From Candidatus Limnocylindrales bacterium (GTDB lineage Bacteria; Patescibacteriota; Microgenomatia; Levybacterales; UBA12049), in assembly GCA_035526025.1 (NCBI GenBank), contig DATLDE010000005.1:125690-189689 (forward strand): DNA of 64,000 nt, read 5' to 3'. The position numbers and the translations under genes were made by a program. The notes beneath the pieces were generated by a model. That model was given only the letters and a program-made list of their open reading frames with translations. It was not told the DNA's origin and searched no databases. Below, piece by piece: positions 48,243-58,278 of the stretch (positions are counted from its first letter, which is position 1; each line of letters begins with the position of its first letter).

Positions 48243-49922
48243 ATGAAGACATGGAATATCCTAAAAAATTCAAAAAAAAATGTAGCTGATAATCTCATTG
48301 ATATCTTGCTTGAAAACCGAGGTATTAAAACCAAAATAGAAAAAGAGAATTTTCTAAATCCCCTGCTTGAAGGTGTTACCGTTAAAAGCGTGGGTATTGA
48401 TGAAAAAGAGTTAAAAAAAGCAGTAGCCAGAATTAAAAAGGCACTGAAGAACCAGGAGCAAATGGTCGTATTTGGTGACTATGACGTTGATGGAATAACA
48501 GGCGCTGCGATTATCTGGGAAACTCTTCACGAAATAGGTGGAAAAATCCTTCCCCACATTCCCCATAGAATTGAAGAAGGGTATGGATTATCAATAACCG
48601 GCATCTCCAATATAATAGAAAAACTTCCTGAGATAAAATTAATCATCACAGTAGATAATGGAATTGTCGCCAATGAGGCCGTAGACTATGCAAATTCACA
48701 TGGAATTGACGTGATTATCACAGATCATCATGTCGCATCAGATCACAAACCTAAGGCGCTTGCTATCGTGCATACGACCAAACTTTGCGGAGCAGGAGTT
48801 GGTTATCTCTTATCCAAAGAACTAAAAACAAAGAACCAAGAACCAGAAAACGATGCTCATCTCGAACTTGCAGCTTTAGGAACCGTTGCGGATATGGTGC
48901 CACTAACCAATGAGAACAGAGCAATTGTCAAGCATGGACTCTCAAAAATATGTAATACAAACAGAAAAGGTCTGCAAGAGCTATTCAGACAAGCTGGGCT
49001 TGAAAAAGATACTTTTACACCTTATGAAATTGGGTACATTATTGCACCTCGATTGAATGCTGCAGGCCGCATAGAATCAGGAATGGATAGCCTGCGCCTC
49101 ATTTGCACAAATGATCGAACACGTGCCAAATTGCTAGCAGAAAAACTTGAGCTAATCAACAAAGAACGACAATTAATCTTAAAAGAAATTACAGAACATG
49201 CCATTACATCAGTTCAAAGTACCAAAACAAAAATTAGGAATTTACTATTTATTGCACACGAGACTTACCAACAAGGAGTAATAGGACTGGTTGCGGGGAA
49301 ACTTGTTGAAGAATTTTATAGACCCGCAATTGTTGTTTCAATTGGTAAAAAAATCAGTAAGGCTTCAGCCCGTTCTATAACTGGTTTTAATTTAATTGAG
49401 TTCTTAAGACAACATGCAACAGAATTTATTAACGTAGGGGGCCATCCAATGGCAGCCGGATTTAGCATCGCAACTGAAAAAATTGAATCACTAAAGAAAC
49501 TTCTTGAGAAATCAGCTGATGAAATAATTACTGAAGAAATCCTCAAACGAGCTCTGAAAATTGACTGCATACTGGACTTATCCCTTATTTCAATCGAACT
49601 ATATAAAGAGATACAATCACTTTCTCCTTTTGGCATAGGAAACCCTGAACCTACATTTGCAAGTTACAATGTAACCGTCAAAGATTTCAAACTTCTTGGA
49701 AAAGATAAAACCCATCTCAAGCTACAAATTTACCAAGAACCAAGAACCAAGAACCAAGAACCAAGAACCTTAGAAGCTATTGCTTTTGGAATGGGAGAAC
49801 TGGCTGAGAACCTAAAACAAAATAATAAAATTGATATAGCGTATACTATTGATGAGAACTCCTGGAACGGGAACATTAAATTACAACTTAAGATAAAAGA
49901 CATAAAAATAAATGATAAATAA
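48243..49922 (+). CDS. recJ: Single-stranded DNA exonuclease RecJ
   Basis: GDYDVDG, ITVDNG, TDHH, PRLNAAGR, GGHPMAAG, PFGIGNPEP. Confidence 0.97.
   Translation: MKTWNILKNSKKNVADNLIDILLENRGIKTKIEKENFLNPLLEGVTVKSVGIDEKELKKAVARIKKALKNQEQMVVFGDYDVDGITGAAIIWETLHEIGGKILPHIPHRIEEGYGLSITGISNIIEKLPEIKLIITVDNGIVANEAVDYANSHGIDVIITDHHVASDHKPKALAIVHTTKLCGAGVGYLLSKELKTKNQEPENDAHLELAALGTVADMVPLTNENRAIVKHGLSKICNTNRKGLQELFRQAGLEKDTFTPYEIGYIIAPRLNAAGRIESGMDSLRLICTNDRTRAKLLAEKLELINKERQLILKEITEHAITSVQSTKTKIRNLLFIAHETYQQGVIGLVAGKLVEEFYRPAIVVSIGKKISKASARSITGFNLIEFLRQHATEFINVGGHPMAAGFSIATEKIESLKKLLEKSADEIITEEILKRALKIDCILDLSLISIELYKEIQSLSPFGIGNPEPTFASYNVTVKDFKLLGKDKTHLKLQIYQEPRTKNQEPRTLEAIAFGMGELAENLKQNNKIDIAYTIDENSWNGNIKLQLKIKDIKINDK
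49732..49769 (+). repeat. (CAAGAAC)5 perfect heptamer tandem repeat inside recJ
   Basis: Counted directly; encodes QEPRTKNQEPRT. Confidence 0.95.
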
Positions 49923-50397
49923 TCCTAAAGCTATAAATAAAATCCGCTTTACAAAAGAAGGCTATTACAAGCTAAAAGAAGAATATGCCGATCTTCTCAG
50001 ACAACGACCGCTTGCCGTTGCGGATTTGAAAAAAGCGCGGGAGATGGGCGATCTTTCTGAGAATGGGTATTACAAAGAATCCAAACTTAAACTTAATTTT
50101 ATTGACGGTAGACTTAGGAGATTTTCGGATTATTTAAAAAGAGCTGACATAGTTGATAACAATGGAACAAAATTGCAAATTGATACAGTGTATATAGGAA
50201 GTACTGTTACATTGGCTGATGAAAAAAAAGAACGCACATACCAAATAGTAGGCGATTTAGAAGCAAATCCAGGGGAGGGTAAGCTTTCGCTTCTCTCACC
50301 TATCGGACGAGCGATTGTAGGGAAAAAACTAAACACTGAAGTTGAGATAGAAACTCCAGCGGGAAAGTTTACCTACAAAATAACCAAAATTTCTTAG
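49912..50397 (+). CDS. greA: Transcription elongation factor GreA
   Basis: AREMGDLSENGYY, SLLSPIGRAIVGK. Confidence 0.93.
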   Translation: MINNPKAINKIRFTKEGYYKLKEEYADLLRQRPLAVADLKKAREMGDLSENGYYKESKLKLNFIDGRLRRFSDYLKRADIVDNNGTKLQIDTVYIGSTVTLADEKKERTYQIVGDLEANPGEGKLSLLSPIGRAIVGKKLNTEVEIETPAGKFTYKITKIS

Positions 50398-50439
50398 CCA
50401 CAGATACAATCATTTGTTGTGGTAGAATATAGTGAATAA

Positions 50440-51564
50440 ATGAAGAAATTTATAGTTGTTATTTTATTGATATTATTGGGAGCAGCTGCATTTAGAGTAT
50501 TTGGGATTGGTAAAACCTCAGTTAGGAAAGTTGCTGAAAATATCGTAGAGCGCGTGGATGAGGAATCGGGCTTAAGTGAGCTAGAAAAAGATATTAATCC
50601 CCTTTCAATAGATGCATTGAAAAATGAAAAATTTATTGGCTCTGAAATAATAATTGAACAAACACTTGAACCGGGAAGCAATCATCAACGATACCTTACC
50701 TCTTATCTTTCAGAAGGGAATAAAATTTTTGCCTTATTAACTGTACCCAATTCTTCGGCAGGTCATTCGACTCTGAGGGACGAGCCCTCAGGCTCAGACT
50801 CGAAGAACTCAGGACAAGTTAAGCCGGAAAAAGGATGGCCAGTAATAGTTTTTAATCATGGATATATCCCACCTGCTGAATACAGAACTACCGAGCGCTA
50901 TCTTGCTTATACCGATGCATTCTCAAGAAATGGATATATTGTCTTTAAATCAGATTACCGGGGCCACGGTAGCTCTGAGGGAGTATCAAGAGGTGGTTAT
51001 GGATCAAATGACTATACGATTGATGTCTTAAATGCGCTTGCTTCAATTAAGAAATATAAAGACGCAGATCCAACAAAGATTGGCATGTGGGGTCATTCAA
51101 TGGGTGGATTTATAGCACTCAGATCTATGGTTGTGAATAAGGATATCAAGGTAGGTGTAATCTGGGCTGGAGTTGTCGCATCATACCCAGATCTTTTAAC
51201 AAGATGGCGAAGAGTAAGCACAACCCCTCCTGCTACCAGTGGGCTATCAATAGGATGGAGAACTCTACTGACTCAAACATATGGTAATCCTGCAAGTAAT
51301 CCTAAATTCTGGAATTCTATATCAGCAAATAACTACCTTTCGGATATTTCAGGACCAATTCAGTTACATCATGGGACAGCAGACACTTCAGTTCCGGTTG
51401 AATTTTCTGAAAAACTTGATAAACAATTAAAAGTAGTTGGTAAGCCAAGTGAGTTGTATATTTATGAAGGTGATGATCATAATCTCTCAATAAATTTGGG
51501 GGTAGCACTTGAACGCTCTGTTGAATATTTTGATAAAGTATTAAAACCCAGTCAGGAATTATGA
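50440..51564 (+). CDS. Membrane-anchored alpha/beta hydrolase (S9-like)
   Basis: VFNHG, DYRGHG, GHSMGG, HGTADTSV, DDH. Confidence 0.9.
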   Translation: MKKFIVVILLILLGAAAFRVFGIGKTSVRKVAENIVERVDEESGLSELEKDINPLSIDALKNEKFIGSEIIIEQTLEPGSNHQRYLTSYLSEGNKIFALLTVPNSSAGHSTLRDEPSGSDSKNSGQVKPEKGWPVIVFNHGYIPPAEYRTTERYLAYTDAFSRNGYIVFKSDYRGHGSSEGVSRGGYGSNDYTIDVLNALASIKKYKDADPTKIGMWGHSMGGFIALRSMVVNKDIKVGVIWAGVVASYPDLLTRWRRVSTTPPATSGLSIGWRTLLTQTYGNPASNPKFWNSISANNYLSDISGPIQLHHGTADTSVPVEFSEKLDKQLKVVGKPSELYIYEGDDHNLSINLGVALERSVEYFDKVLKPSQEL

Positions 51565-52535
51565 TTGACTATTCTAAATTTCCGCAAAACCCTCCACGGA
51601 AAAGAAATAACAGTTCAAAGCTATATTTATTTTTTTTCCTTGCCTTAATGATGATAATATACGTATATGTTTTTATCCCTTATAAAAATTCCGAAAAAGC
51701 TTCAAATTTCATAAGCCCTCTTGCAAATGGAATAATCGAAAGAGGTGTTGAATTTTTAAATCCGGAAGAAAATAGCATATCTCTTGAAAAAATAGTTCAG
51801 GATGAATTGAAAAACGCCAAAGGAGACTATGCAGTTGCAATTAAAAATCTAAAAACTGGTGAAAGATATTACTTTAATGAACACGAAGTTTTTGATGCGG
51901 CGAGTCTATATAAGCTTTTTGTTATGGCAACTGTTTTTCAAAAAATTCAGAATGGTGATTTGACAAAAAACCAGATGTTGTCCCAAAAAATTCCTGAACT
52001 AAATACAAAATTCAGAATCGCATCTGAATCAGCAGAGTTAAAAGAAGGTAGCATAACACTCCCTGTCCAAAGCGCACTATCCCGAATGATAACTATTTCA
52101 GATAATTATTCTGCCCTCCTTTTGGCTGAAAATGTCAAGCTTTCAAACGTATCATCTTTTTTGAAAAAAAATAAATTTTTAGAATCAAGGGTGGGAACTA
52201 GAGGCGAAGCACCAGCCACAACAGCTTTTGATATAACATCTTTTTTTGAAAAACTCTATAAAGGAGATCTCGCATCTCCTGAGCTAACTACTGATATGTT
52301 ATCTCTACTGAAAAGCCAAAAATTAAATAATAAAATTCCAAAATATCTCCCCAAAAATGTAGTTACTGCTCACAAGACAGGAGAGCTCGGAAGGCTGTCT
52401 CATGACGCAGGAATAATTTACACGCCGAAAGGGGATTATATTTTAGTTATATTAACGGATACTGAAAAACCCACTGACGCGAATGAAAAAATTGCTCTCA
52501 TCTCCAAAGCAATTTTTGATTACTTTACAAAATAA
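51561..52535 (+). CDS. Class A beta-lactamase-related serine hydrolase
   Basis: ASLYK, SDN, HKTG, HDAG. Confidence 0.85.
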   Translation: MIDYSKFPQNPPRKRNNSSKLYLFFFLALMMIIYVYVFIPYKNSEKASNFISPLANGIIERGVEFLNPEENSISLEKIVQDELKNAKGDYAVAIKNLKTGERYYFNEHEVFDAASLYKLFVMATVFQKIQNGDLTKNQMLSQKIPELNTKFRIASESAELKEGSITLPVQSALSRMITISDNYSALLLAENVKLSNVSSFLKKNKFLESRVGTRGEAPATTAFDITSFFEKLYKGDLASPELTTDMLSLLKSQKLNNKIPKYLPKNVVTAHKTGELGRLSHDAGIIYTPKGDYILVILTDTEKPTDANEKIALISKAIFDYFTK

Positions 52536-52560
52536 TATTTAATTATTATTTAAGTAAAAT

Positions 52561-53598
52561 CTAATGAAGGGATTTTACTTTTTCCAGCGGCCATTTAATA
52601 CCCATCTTATCAGCAGCAAGCCAAAAGTCTGAACCCCAAAGACTGACTGTACTACAGCCTGACTTGTTGATGTATTTGTGAAAAGTCTTATCCAATGAAT
52701 CATTTGCATATTTTAATACTCTTTCATTTGGATTTTCAGATTCATTGATCAACTGATACCATGATTGCCCACTTCCCCATGGCTGTGCCTCAACTTCAGC
52801 GAAATACATTTCACATTTTCCAAATTTTTTTTGAAAAGACTTAAAGAATTGTCGATATGGTAGCAATAAATACAATAATTTTTGTATAAAATATCTTTTC
52901 CAAATAAATTGTGACGGATAAACATCAAAACCGAGTCTACCCCTATCCCCCAGTACGCCCAGAATTTCTCCAAATGTTTTTGATAGTTTGCTTTTTTCAA
53001 TTGCTTCAATATTTGTATTTAGAAGAATGGGCTTGGCAGTATTCGCTTTCAAATACTTTGCGCACTCGATCATGAAAGCGTGTGAAATACATGTTTTTAT
53101 TTTTTCTTTACCTTTTACTTTTTGCGGATCCGGCCATTCATTTGCAAAGTGAAATCCATGAATTCGCGGGTCTTCTCCATAGATTGCAATCTGTTCTTCA
53201 AGAAAACTCATACCATATTTCCAAAGTTGTGACGTAGTATCAAGACATCTCTTGTTATCAAAAACAAAATTTAGCATTTTCTCTGGAAGATAAATTCCTG
53301 GATAATTTGGATACTGAAATGGCCCTATACACAAATCAACTTCTACTTTATTCTTTTTGGAGAGCTTTAGCATTTTATTTATTGCTTCCCAACGAAATAC
53401 TTTACCGTCTGTTGTTAACTCAGATGGATAGATGACCAAACGAATTCCTGAGATTCCAGCTTTTTTTAATTTCTTAATAGACTCATCAATGAGTGCAGTA
53501 TTTTCCTGCCACTTACTATTTGGTGATTTACCCTTTGTCAGAATATAACTTAATTCCCATGCAACTTTTTGAGGGGTAAAAGTGGTCCAGAGTTTCAT
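52561..53598 (-). CDS. Glycoside hydrolase, clan GH-A-like TIM barrel
   Basis: IRLVIY..E, ANE, GFDVYP, AEVEAQPW, SLWG. Confidence 0.65.
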   Translation of the reverse strand: MKLWTTFTPQKVAWELSYILTKGKSPNSKWQENTALIDESIKKLKKAGISGIRLVIYPSELTTDGKVFRWEAINKMLKLSKKNKVEVDLCIGPFQYPNYPGIYLPEKMLNFVFDNKRCLDTTSQLWKYGMSFLEEQIAIYGEDPRIHGFHFANEWPDPQKVKGKEKIKTCISHAFMIECAKYLKANTAKPILLNTNIEAIEKSKLSKTFGEILGVLGDRGRLGFDVYPSQFIWKRYFIQKLLYLLLPYRQFFKSFQKKFGKCEMYFAEVEAQPWGSGQSWYQLINESENPNERVLKYANDSLDKTFHKYINKSGCSTVSLWGSDFWLAADKMGIKWPLEKVKSLH

Positions 53599-53625
53599 AC
53601 TAGGAGTATACCAAATTTAATAAAA

Positions 53626-54231
53626 CTATTTTGCCATTTTTAAGATTTCTCTCGTAACATCAGGAAGTGAAGTAATACTATCAGCATTATCTACTGGACC
53701 AGAAAAATGGCCCATGCTGTGTTTGATAATAAGTTCAGCGCCCAATTTTTCCTTAAATATATAACCATATTTTAATGAAACATATGGATCATTATCAGAA
53801 TGAATTGCAATATATTTTTTTGCCTTTGTTTTGAGCTTACTCCATAAAATAGGTGATTCAAAGAAATTCTTAAGCTCATCTTCTATTGGATCAACACTTC
53901 GAAGATCATCTGTGAATCCAGCAACAAGTATAACCCCTCCAACTTTTTCGTTTTCATTCAGTTGCTCTAAATACCTTAATATAGCCATGCACCCTATGCT
54001 ATGTCCTACAAGATATAAATTTTCGTTGGGAATTCCTATAGCTTCCTTTAATGTCGGCAGCCAGAGAGATAATTTAGGTAAATTCGTTTCAGGCATTTCG
54101 GGAACAGTTACCTGAAAATTTTGTTGTTCCAATTCTTGTTTTGTTTTAGGATACCAACAATATTCAGGCGTTCCATTCCAGCAGTGAACAATAACAGCAT
54201 GTTTCATTGGACAATTATAACAAAATACCAA
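53626..54231 (-). CDS. RBBP9/YdeN-family serine hydrolase
   Basis: WYP, LVGHSIG, HSDNDPYV, GHF. Confidence 0.9.
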   Translation of the reverse strand: MVFCYNCPMKHAVIVHCWNGTPEYCWYPKTKQELEQQNFQVTVPEMPETNLPKLSLWLPTLKEAIGIPNENLYLVGHSIGCMAILRYLEQLNENEKVGGVILVAGFTDDLRSVDPIEDELKNFFESPILWSKLKTKAKKYIAIHSDNDPYVSLKYGYIFKEKLGAELIIKHSMGHFSGPVDNADSITSLPDVTREILKMAK

Positions 54232-54326
54232 TATATTTTTCTTTTCTACTTCTTACCTTAATATAATGAGCTTCTTATTGAATAATGATTAAATACATGA
54301 ACTAATTTTGAAAGGAGGTGAAATTT

Positions 54327-54578
54327 ATGGCAGAAGACAATAGAGGATTCGCATCCCCCAATTATCCCCAAGAAAAAGCACAAAAAGCTCGCCGAAAAGG
54401 AGGGCAAATTTCCTCAAGAAAACAAGATATGAGTAAATTAGGTCAAAAAGGAGGCCAAGCGGCACAACAAAGCGGAAATGCACATCGATTGACAAATGAA
54501 GATCGCAGAAAAGGCGGTGAGCGTTCTTCCCAAAAACAAAACATGAGTGAACTCGGACGCAAAGGAGGAAGCCAATAA
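54327..54578 (+). CDS. KGG-repeat general stress protein
   Basis: RGFAS...RKGG...GQKGG...GRKGG; AAGGAGGTG SD. Confidence 0.88.
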   Translation: MAEDNRGFASPNYPQEKAQKARRKGGQISSRKQDMSKLGQKGGQAAQQSGNAHRLTNEDRRKGGERSSQKQNMSELGRKGGSQ

Positions 54579-54587
54579 TATTGTTCA

Positions 54588-54630
54588 GATATAAATAGGT
54601 GAGCAAAACTACTTATTCACCTATTTATAT
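54588..54630. terminator. Hairpin between convergent genes
   Basis: ATAAATAGGTGA...TCACCTATTTAT. Confidence 0.6.
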
Positions 54631-54653
54631 GTACTTATCTAAAAATATAAACA

Positions 54654-55181
54654 CTATTTTAAATGAAGCGGTAGAGGAACTGGGCTAGGTGCAGGATTAA
54701 TGTGAATATTTTGTTCACTTATCATAATTTCTTCAACGAGCAGCATAGTTTTGCTTAATGAAACTTGTAAAATATCTTCGTCTTTGGTACCTAAGTCAAT
54801 AGTTATATGAAAAACACCTCTTTTATCTTTATTCCAGTTCCATTTTGTAATACCATTATGAATAGGGTTTTTCATGCCTAAACTTCGCTTTATCTCCCCA
54901 ATATATTCAAGTAAAATGTGTTCAAAAAGATGACCGAGCTCTGTATTTATTACTTCTTTTTCAAACGGCAAATTATCTTTATTGAAACATTTTGATCTTA
55001 ATGTACTAGGTAATTTTGCTTTAAGGATAGAGAGAGTATATAAAAGATTTTTAGTTGTAAGCTCATCAGAGAAAAAATTAGCTGCTATTCGCGTCGATCT
55101 TCTATTTGAGTCTACGAGGAGATCAAAATAAGGATTTTTGTAATAATTTTTATTTGTAATACTTGCTGTGATTATTGACAT
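54654..55181 (-). CDS. Stand-alone cyanophycin-synthetase N-terminal-like domain
   Basis: LPSTLRSKC...GHLFEHILLE...GIT. Confidence 0.55.
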   Translation of the reverse strand: MSIITASITNKNYYKNPYFDLLVDSNRRSTRIAANFFSDELTTKNLLYTLSILKAKLPSTLRSKCFNKDNLPFEKEVINTELGHLFEHILLEYIGEIKRSLGMKNPIHNGITKWNWNKDKRGVFHITIDLGTKDEDILQVSLSKTMLLVEEIMISEQNIHINPAPSPVPLPLHLK

Positions 55182-55358
55182 ATTTCTAACGAATTTCTTA
55201 CCTAATATTTACACTACAATATTGCATTTTCCATGTCAATAAGCCTGGAGCGGGTATTTGTTCTATGGAATTTTTTTGGATTTATTAAACCCACAACAAC
55301 TATGCTTAAAAGAATAAATAACATTGAAATTTTCCCCACCGCGTAGTAAGATGCCTAT

Positions 55359-55886
55359 ATGAATAGACGACTCTATATACTTATTCCATTGGTGATACTG
55401 GTTTCAACTGCATTCGCATTTGGCGGCATATCAATCTATAAAAAATTTACAACTCCGCAACCTGTACATTTCCACGCGGGTTTTCAATTATACATCGACG
55501 GAAAGTTGCAAGACTTTTCAGGAGCAAAATACATGAAAGAGGACCCATGCACAGTAGATGATTCAGAACACGGCATTATGGATGAGCAGCTCGAGAAAGC
55601 CCATCTCCACGATAGGACAGGAATCGTTGTGCATTCGCATAGAAAGAATGTACTTTGGTCCGATTTATTTACCAATATTAAATATAAAATTCCAAATGAT
55701 AAAGAAATAAAAAGTTTTGTAAATGGAAAAGAAGTAAAAGAAATATTAAATAATGAAATTAATCCATATGATAGTGTTGTTATTATTCTTGGTGATGATA
55801 AAAAAGTCCAAGAGCTTCTAAAAAAGGCTGTAACAAAAGATCAAATCATAAAAGAGGAGAAAAAAAGCGAATCCTGCGGCTCATGA
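55359..55886 (+). CDS. Membrane-anchored His-rich hypothetical protein
   Basis: VHFHAGF, AHLHD...VVHSH, terminal ESCGS. Confidence 0.7.
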   Translation: MNRRLYILIPLVILVSTAFAFGGISIYKKFTTPQPVHFHAGFQLYIDGKLQDFSGAKYMKEDPCTVDDSEHGIMDEQLEKAHLHDRTGIVVHSHRKNVLWSDLFTNIKYKIPNDKEIKSFVNGKEVKEILNNEINPYDSVVIILGDDKKVQELLKKAVTKDQIIKEEKKSESCGS

Positions 55887-55888
55887 AT

Positions 55889-56620
55889 CTAACTTGAATT
55901 TAATTCATGAATTATCCTCAATCCCTCAAGAGTAAGAGATTGATTATATTCATCAACCAAAGGTAATTCATCTATAACATTTAAGATATTTCCTCCCGTA
56001 CCTATTATAAATGCGTCAATATATTCTTTTTTTATTCTCTTAAGAATTTCATTAACCAACCCAATGTATCCATAGTAAATTCCGGACCTCATTGAATCAA
56101 CTGTATTTTTTCCAATTATCTTTTCAGGTTTTTCAATTTCGACCTTGGGCAAAAGAGCTGTACTTTCGCTCAAAGTTTTTGACATTGACTGTAGTCCCCC
56201 TGCGATAACAGCGCCTGTAAATTCTCCTTCTTGTGAGAGCAGACAAAAAGTAGTTGCTGTTCCGCTATCAAGAACTATGACTGGTTTTTTGTATTGATCA
56301 TAAGCTGCAACTATATTTGCAATCAAATCCGCGCCCACCTTATCAGGATTATCAACAGATATTCTTATTGGAAGTTTTAACTTACTATTTACAACTATTG
56401 GTATAGGTAAATTTAACTTTTTAATTAGGCTTTTGATTATAGGCGTAATTTGCGGTACAACACTTGCAATAATTACGCCATCTATTTTACTAAATTTTAA
56501 TATTTTTTTTTCTAGTTCTTCATGCTCATTTTTACTAATTTTCCACATCTCCAAAATTTTAGATCCATCAAAAATCCCCCCTGTTATATTTGTATTTCCG
56601 ATATTAATTGCTATCAGCAT
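55889..56620 (-). CDS. coaX: Type III pantothenate kinase
   Basis: INIGNTN, ASVVP, VGAD, VLDSGTATT, GTGG, LTLEGL. Confidence 0.93.
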   Translation of the reverse strand: MLIAINIGNTNITGGIFDGSKILEMWKISKNEHEELEKKILKFSKIDGVIIASVVPQITPIIKSLIKKLNLPIPIVVNSKLKLPIRISVDNPDKVGADLIANIVAAYDQYKKPVIVLDSGTATTFCLLSQEGEFTGAVIAGGLQSMSKTLSESTALLPKVEIEKPEKIIGKNTVDSMRSGIYYGYIGLVNEILKRIKKEYIDAFIIGTGGNILNVIDELPLVDEYNQSLTLEGLRIIHELNSS

Positions 56621-56679
56621 AAGCCCTATTATAGTACAAAACGCTGTGATTTATATTTAAAATGTTAGAATAGACGTCC

Positions 56680-57468
56680 ATGATAAAAATACTAAATATC
56701 TATAAACCAATTGGTCTTAGGCCTTTACAACTTATAAATATTCTAAGAGCCAGACATAAAGAGTATCAGAGTATTAAAATTGGCTTTGCAGGGCGTCTTG
56801 ATCCACTAGCTCATGGGGTAATGCTTCTTATGCTTGGTGACGAAACAAAAAATAGAGACAAGTATTTAAGTCTTACAAAAGAATATGAATTTGAAGTTTT
56901 ATTTGGTATGTCGACAGATACTTATGATTCACTTGGATTGCTAAATAATTTAGCAATAAAGCAATTTAACAATTCGGCTTTTACTAGAGTAGATCTTGAA
57001 AAACAGATTAATCAATTTATCAGAACCAAACTCGGTCGACAACACCAACCCTACCCTCCTTATTCTTCAAAAGAAGTAAACGGCAAACCACTATTTCAAT
57101 GGGCAAGAGAAAAAAAATTATCTGTAATTGAAATACCCTGTCGAGAAACTGAAATTTATGAATTTGAGCAATTAAGTATAGCAAGCAAATCCTCCGATAA
57201 AATAAAAAGAATAATTTTTGAAAATATCGAAAAAGTTAACGGTGATTTTAGACAAGACACTATAATTAAACAATGGCAAGACTTTTTTTACTCAAACAAT
57301 AGCGAGCAATTCACAATTGCTAAATTTAGGGTAAGTTGCTCAAGTGGTACTTATGTTCGCTCCATTGCCAATGAGATAGGACAAATAATTGGAGTGGGAG
57401 CAATTGCACTATCAATTCTAAGAACAAAAGTTGGAGAAAATAAACTCGATGATTCACTAATGCTATGA
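56680..57468 (+). CDS. truB: tRNA pseudouridine(55) synthase
   Basis: GFAGRLDPLAHG, TDTYD, PPYSS, CSSGTYVRS. Confidence 0.9.
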   Translation: MIKILNIYKPIGLRPLQLINILRARHKEYQSIKIGFAGRLDPLAHGVMLLMLGDETKNRDKYLSLTKEYEFEVLFGMSTDTYDSLGLLNNLAIKQFNNSAFTRVDLEKQINQFIRTKLGRQHQPYPPYSSKEVNGKPLFQWAREKKLSVIEIPCRETEIYEFEQLSIASKSSDKIKRIIFENIEKVNGDFRQDTIIKQWQDFFYSNNSEQFTIAKFRVSCSSGTYVRSIANEIGQIIGVGAIALSILRTKVGENKLDDSLML

Positions 57469-57929
57469 GTAAGAAATATTTTTATCTCGGTAAAAAATAT
57501 GAGCTGGGTATACGTCTGGGACAAAAAAATATTATTGAGGTAGATGACAAAATCTACCTGGGAATCTCATCCAATAATTCACAATCTTACTTGCTAAGTT
57601 GGTATCGAGAACAAGCAAGAAAAATTATTCTAGAGCGGGTATATCACTACTCATTACGTCATGGCTTACATTTTAATTCTGTGACGGTAGGAAGCGTTGC
57701 AGCGACTACTAGATGGGGATCATGTAGTAGTCAGAAAAATCTAAATTTTAATTGGAAATTGATTATGGCGCCTATTCAAGTAATTGATTATGTTGTTGTT
57801 CACGAACTTTCACATCTTAGTGAACTAAATCACTCAAGAGCATTTTGGGAAAATGTCAGAAAAATGCTCCCCCTGTACAGGGAATACAGACTATGGCTCA
57901 AACGCAACGGCCACATGTTAACTCTCTAG
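57465..57929 (+). CDS. YgjP/M48-like zinc metallopeptidase
   Basis: RWGSCS, DYVVVHELSHL..NHS..FW. Confidence 0.9.
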   Translation: MSKKYFYLGKKYELGIRLGQKNIIEVDDKIYLGISSNNSQSYLLSWYREQARKIILERVYHYSLRHGLHFNSVTVGSVAATTRWGSCSSQKNLNFNWKLIMAPIQVIDYVVVHELSHLSELNHSRAFWENVRKMLPLYREYRLWLKRNGHMLTL

Positions 57930-58261
57930 AAAAACATCCTAAAATCTAACAATATTATGCCAATTAGAGTAATTATGGCGAAGAAACGGACGGCAGACTT
58001 TGCATATTTTTTAGGCAATATCAATTCAAAAAATGGCGTGTAATCTCCTGCAAGCTTTTGAAGATACCCAAATGGACAATTACCCCGATTGAGGAAAATA
58101 ACCAGTCCCTCAATAAATAAGCTTATTATAAAAACATATAGTAAATAACTTGTCTGCTGAATGTAGGCAGAATAATATATGTAGGCTATGCCAGAAACTA
58201 AATATATAACGATTACAAAATGAATTATCCTGAGAACTGATTTATAATGTGATTTCTTCAT
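57926..58261 (-). CDS. Small membrane protein
   Basis: Three TM; NRGNCP motif. Confidence 0.6.
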   Translation of the reverse strand: MKKSHYKSVLRIIHFVIVIYLVSGIAYIYYSAYIQQTSYLLYVFIISLFIEGLVIFLNRGNCPFGYLQKLAGDYTPFFELILPKKYAKSAVRFFAIITLIGIILLDFRMFF

Positions 58262-58278
58262 TAATAGACTTCATTAAG

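Noticed and set aside
51561-52535. Beta-lactam resistance gene
   Set aside because: Has SxxK/SDN/KTG but no recognisable class A omega-loop ExxLN; more likely a cell-wall-related serine hydrolase
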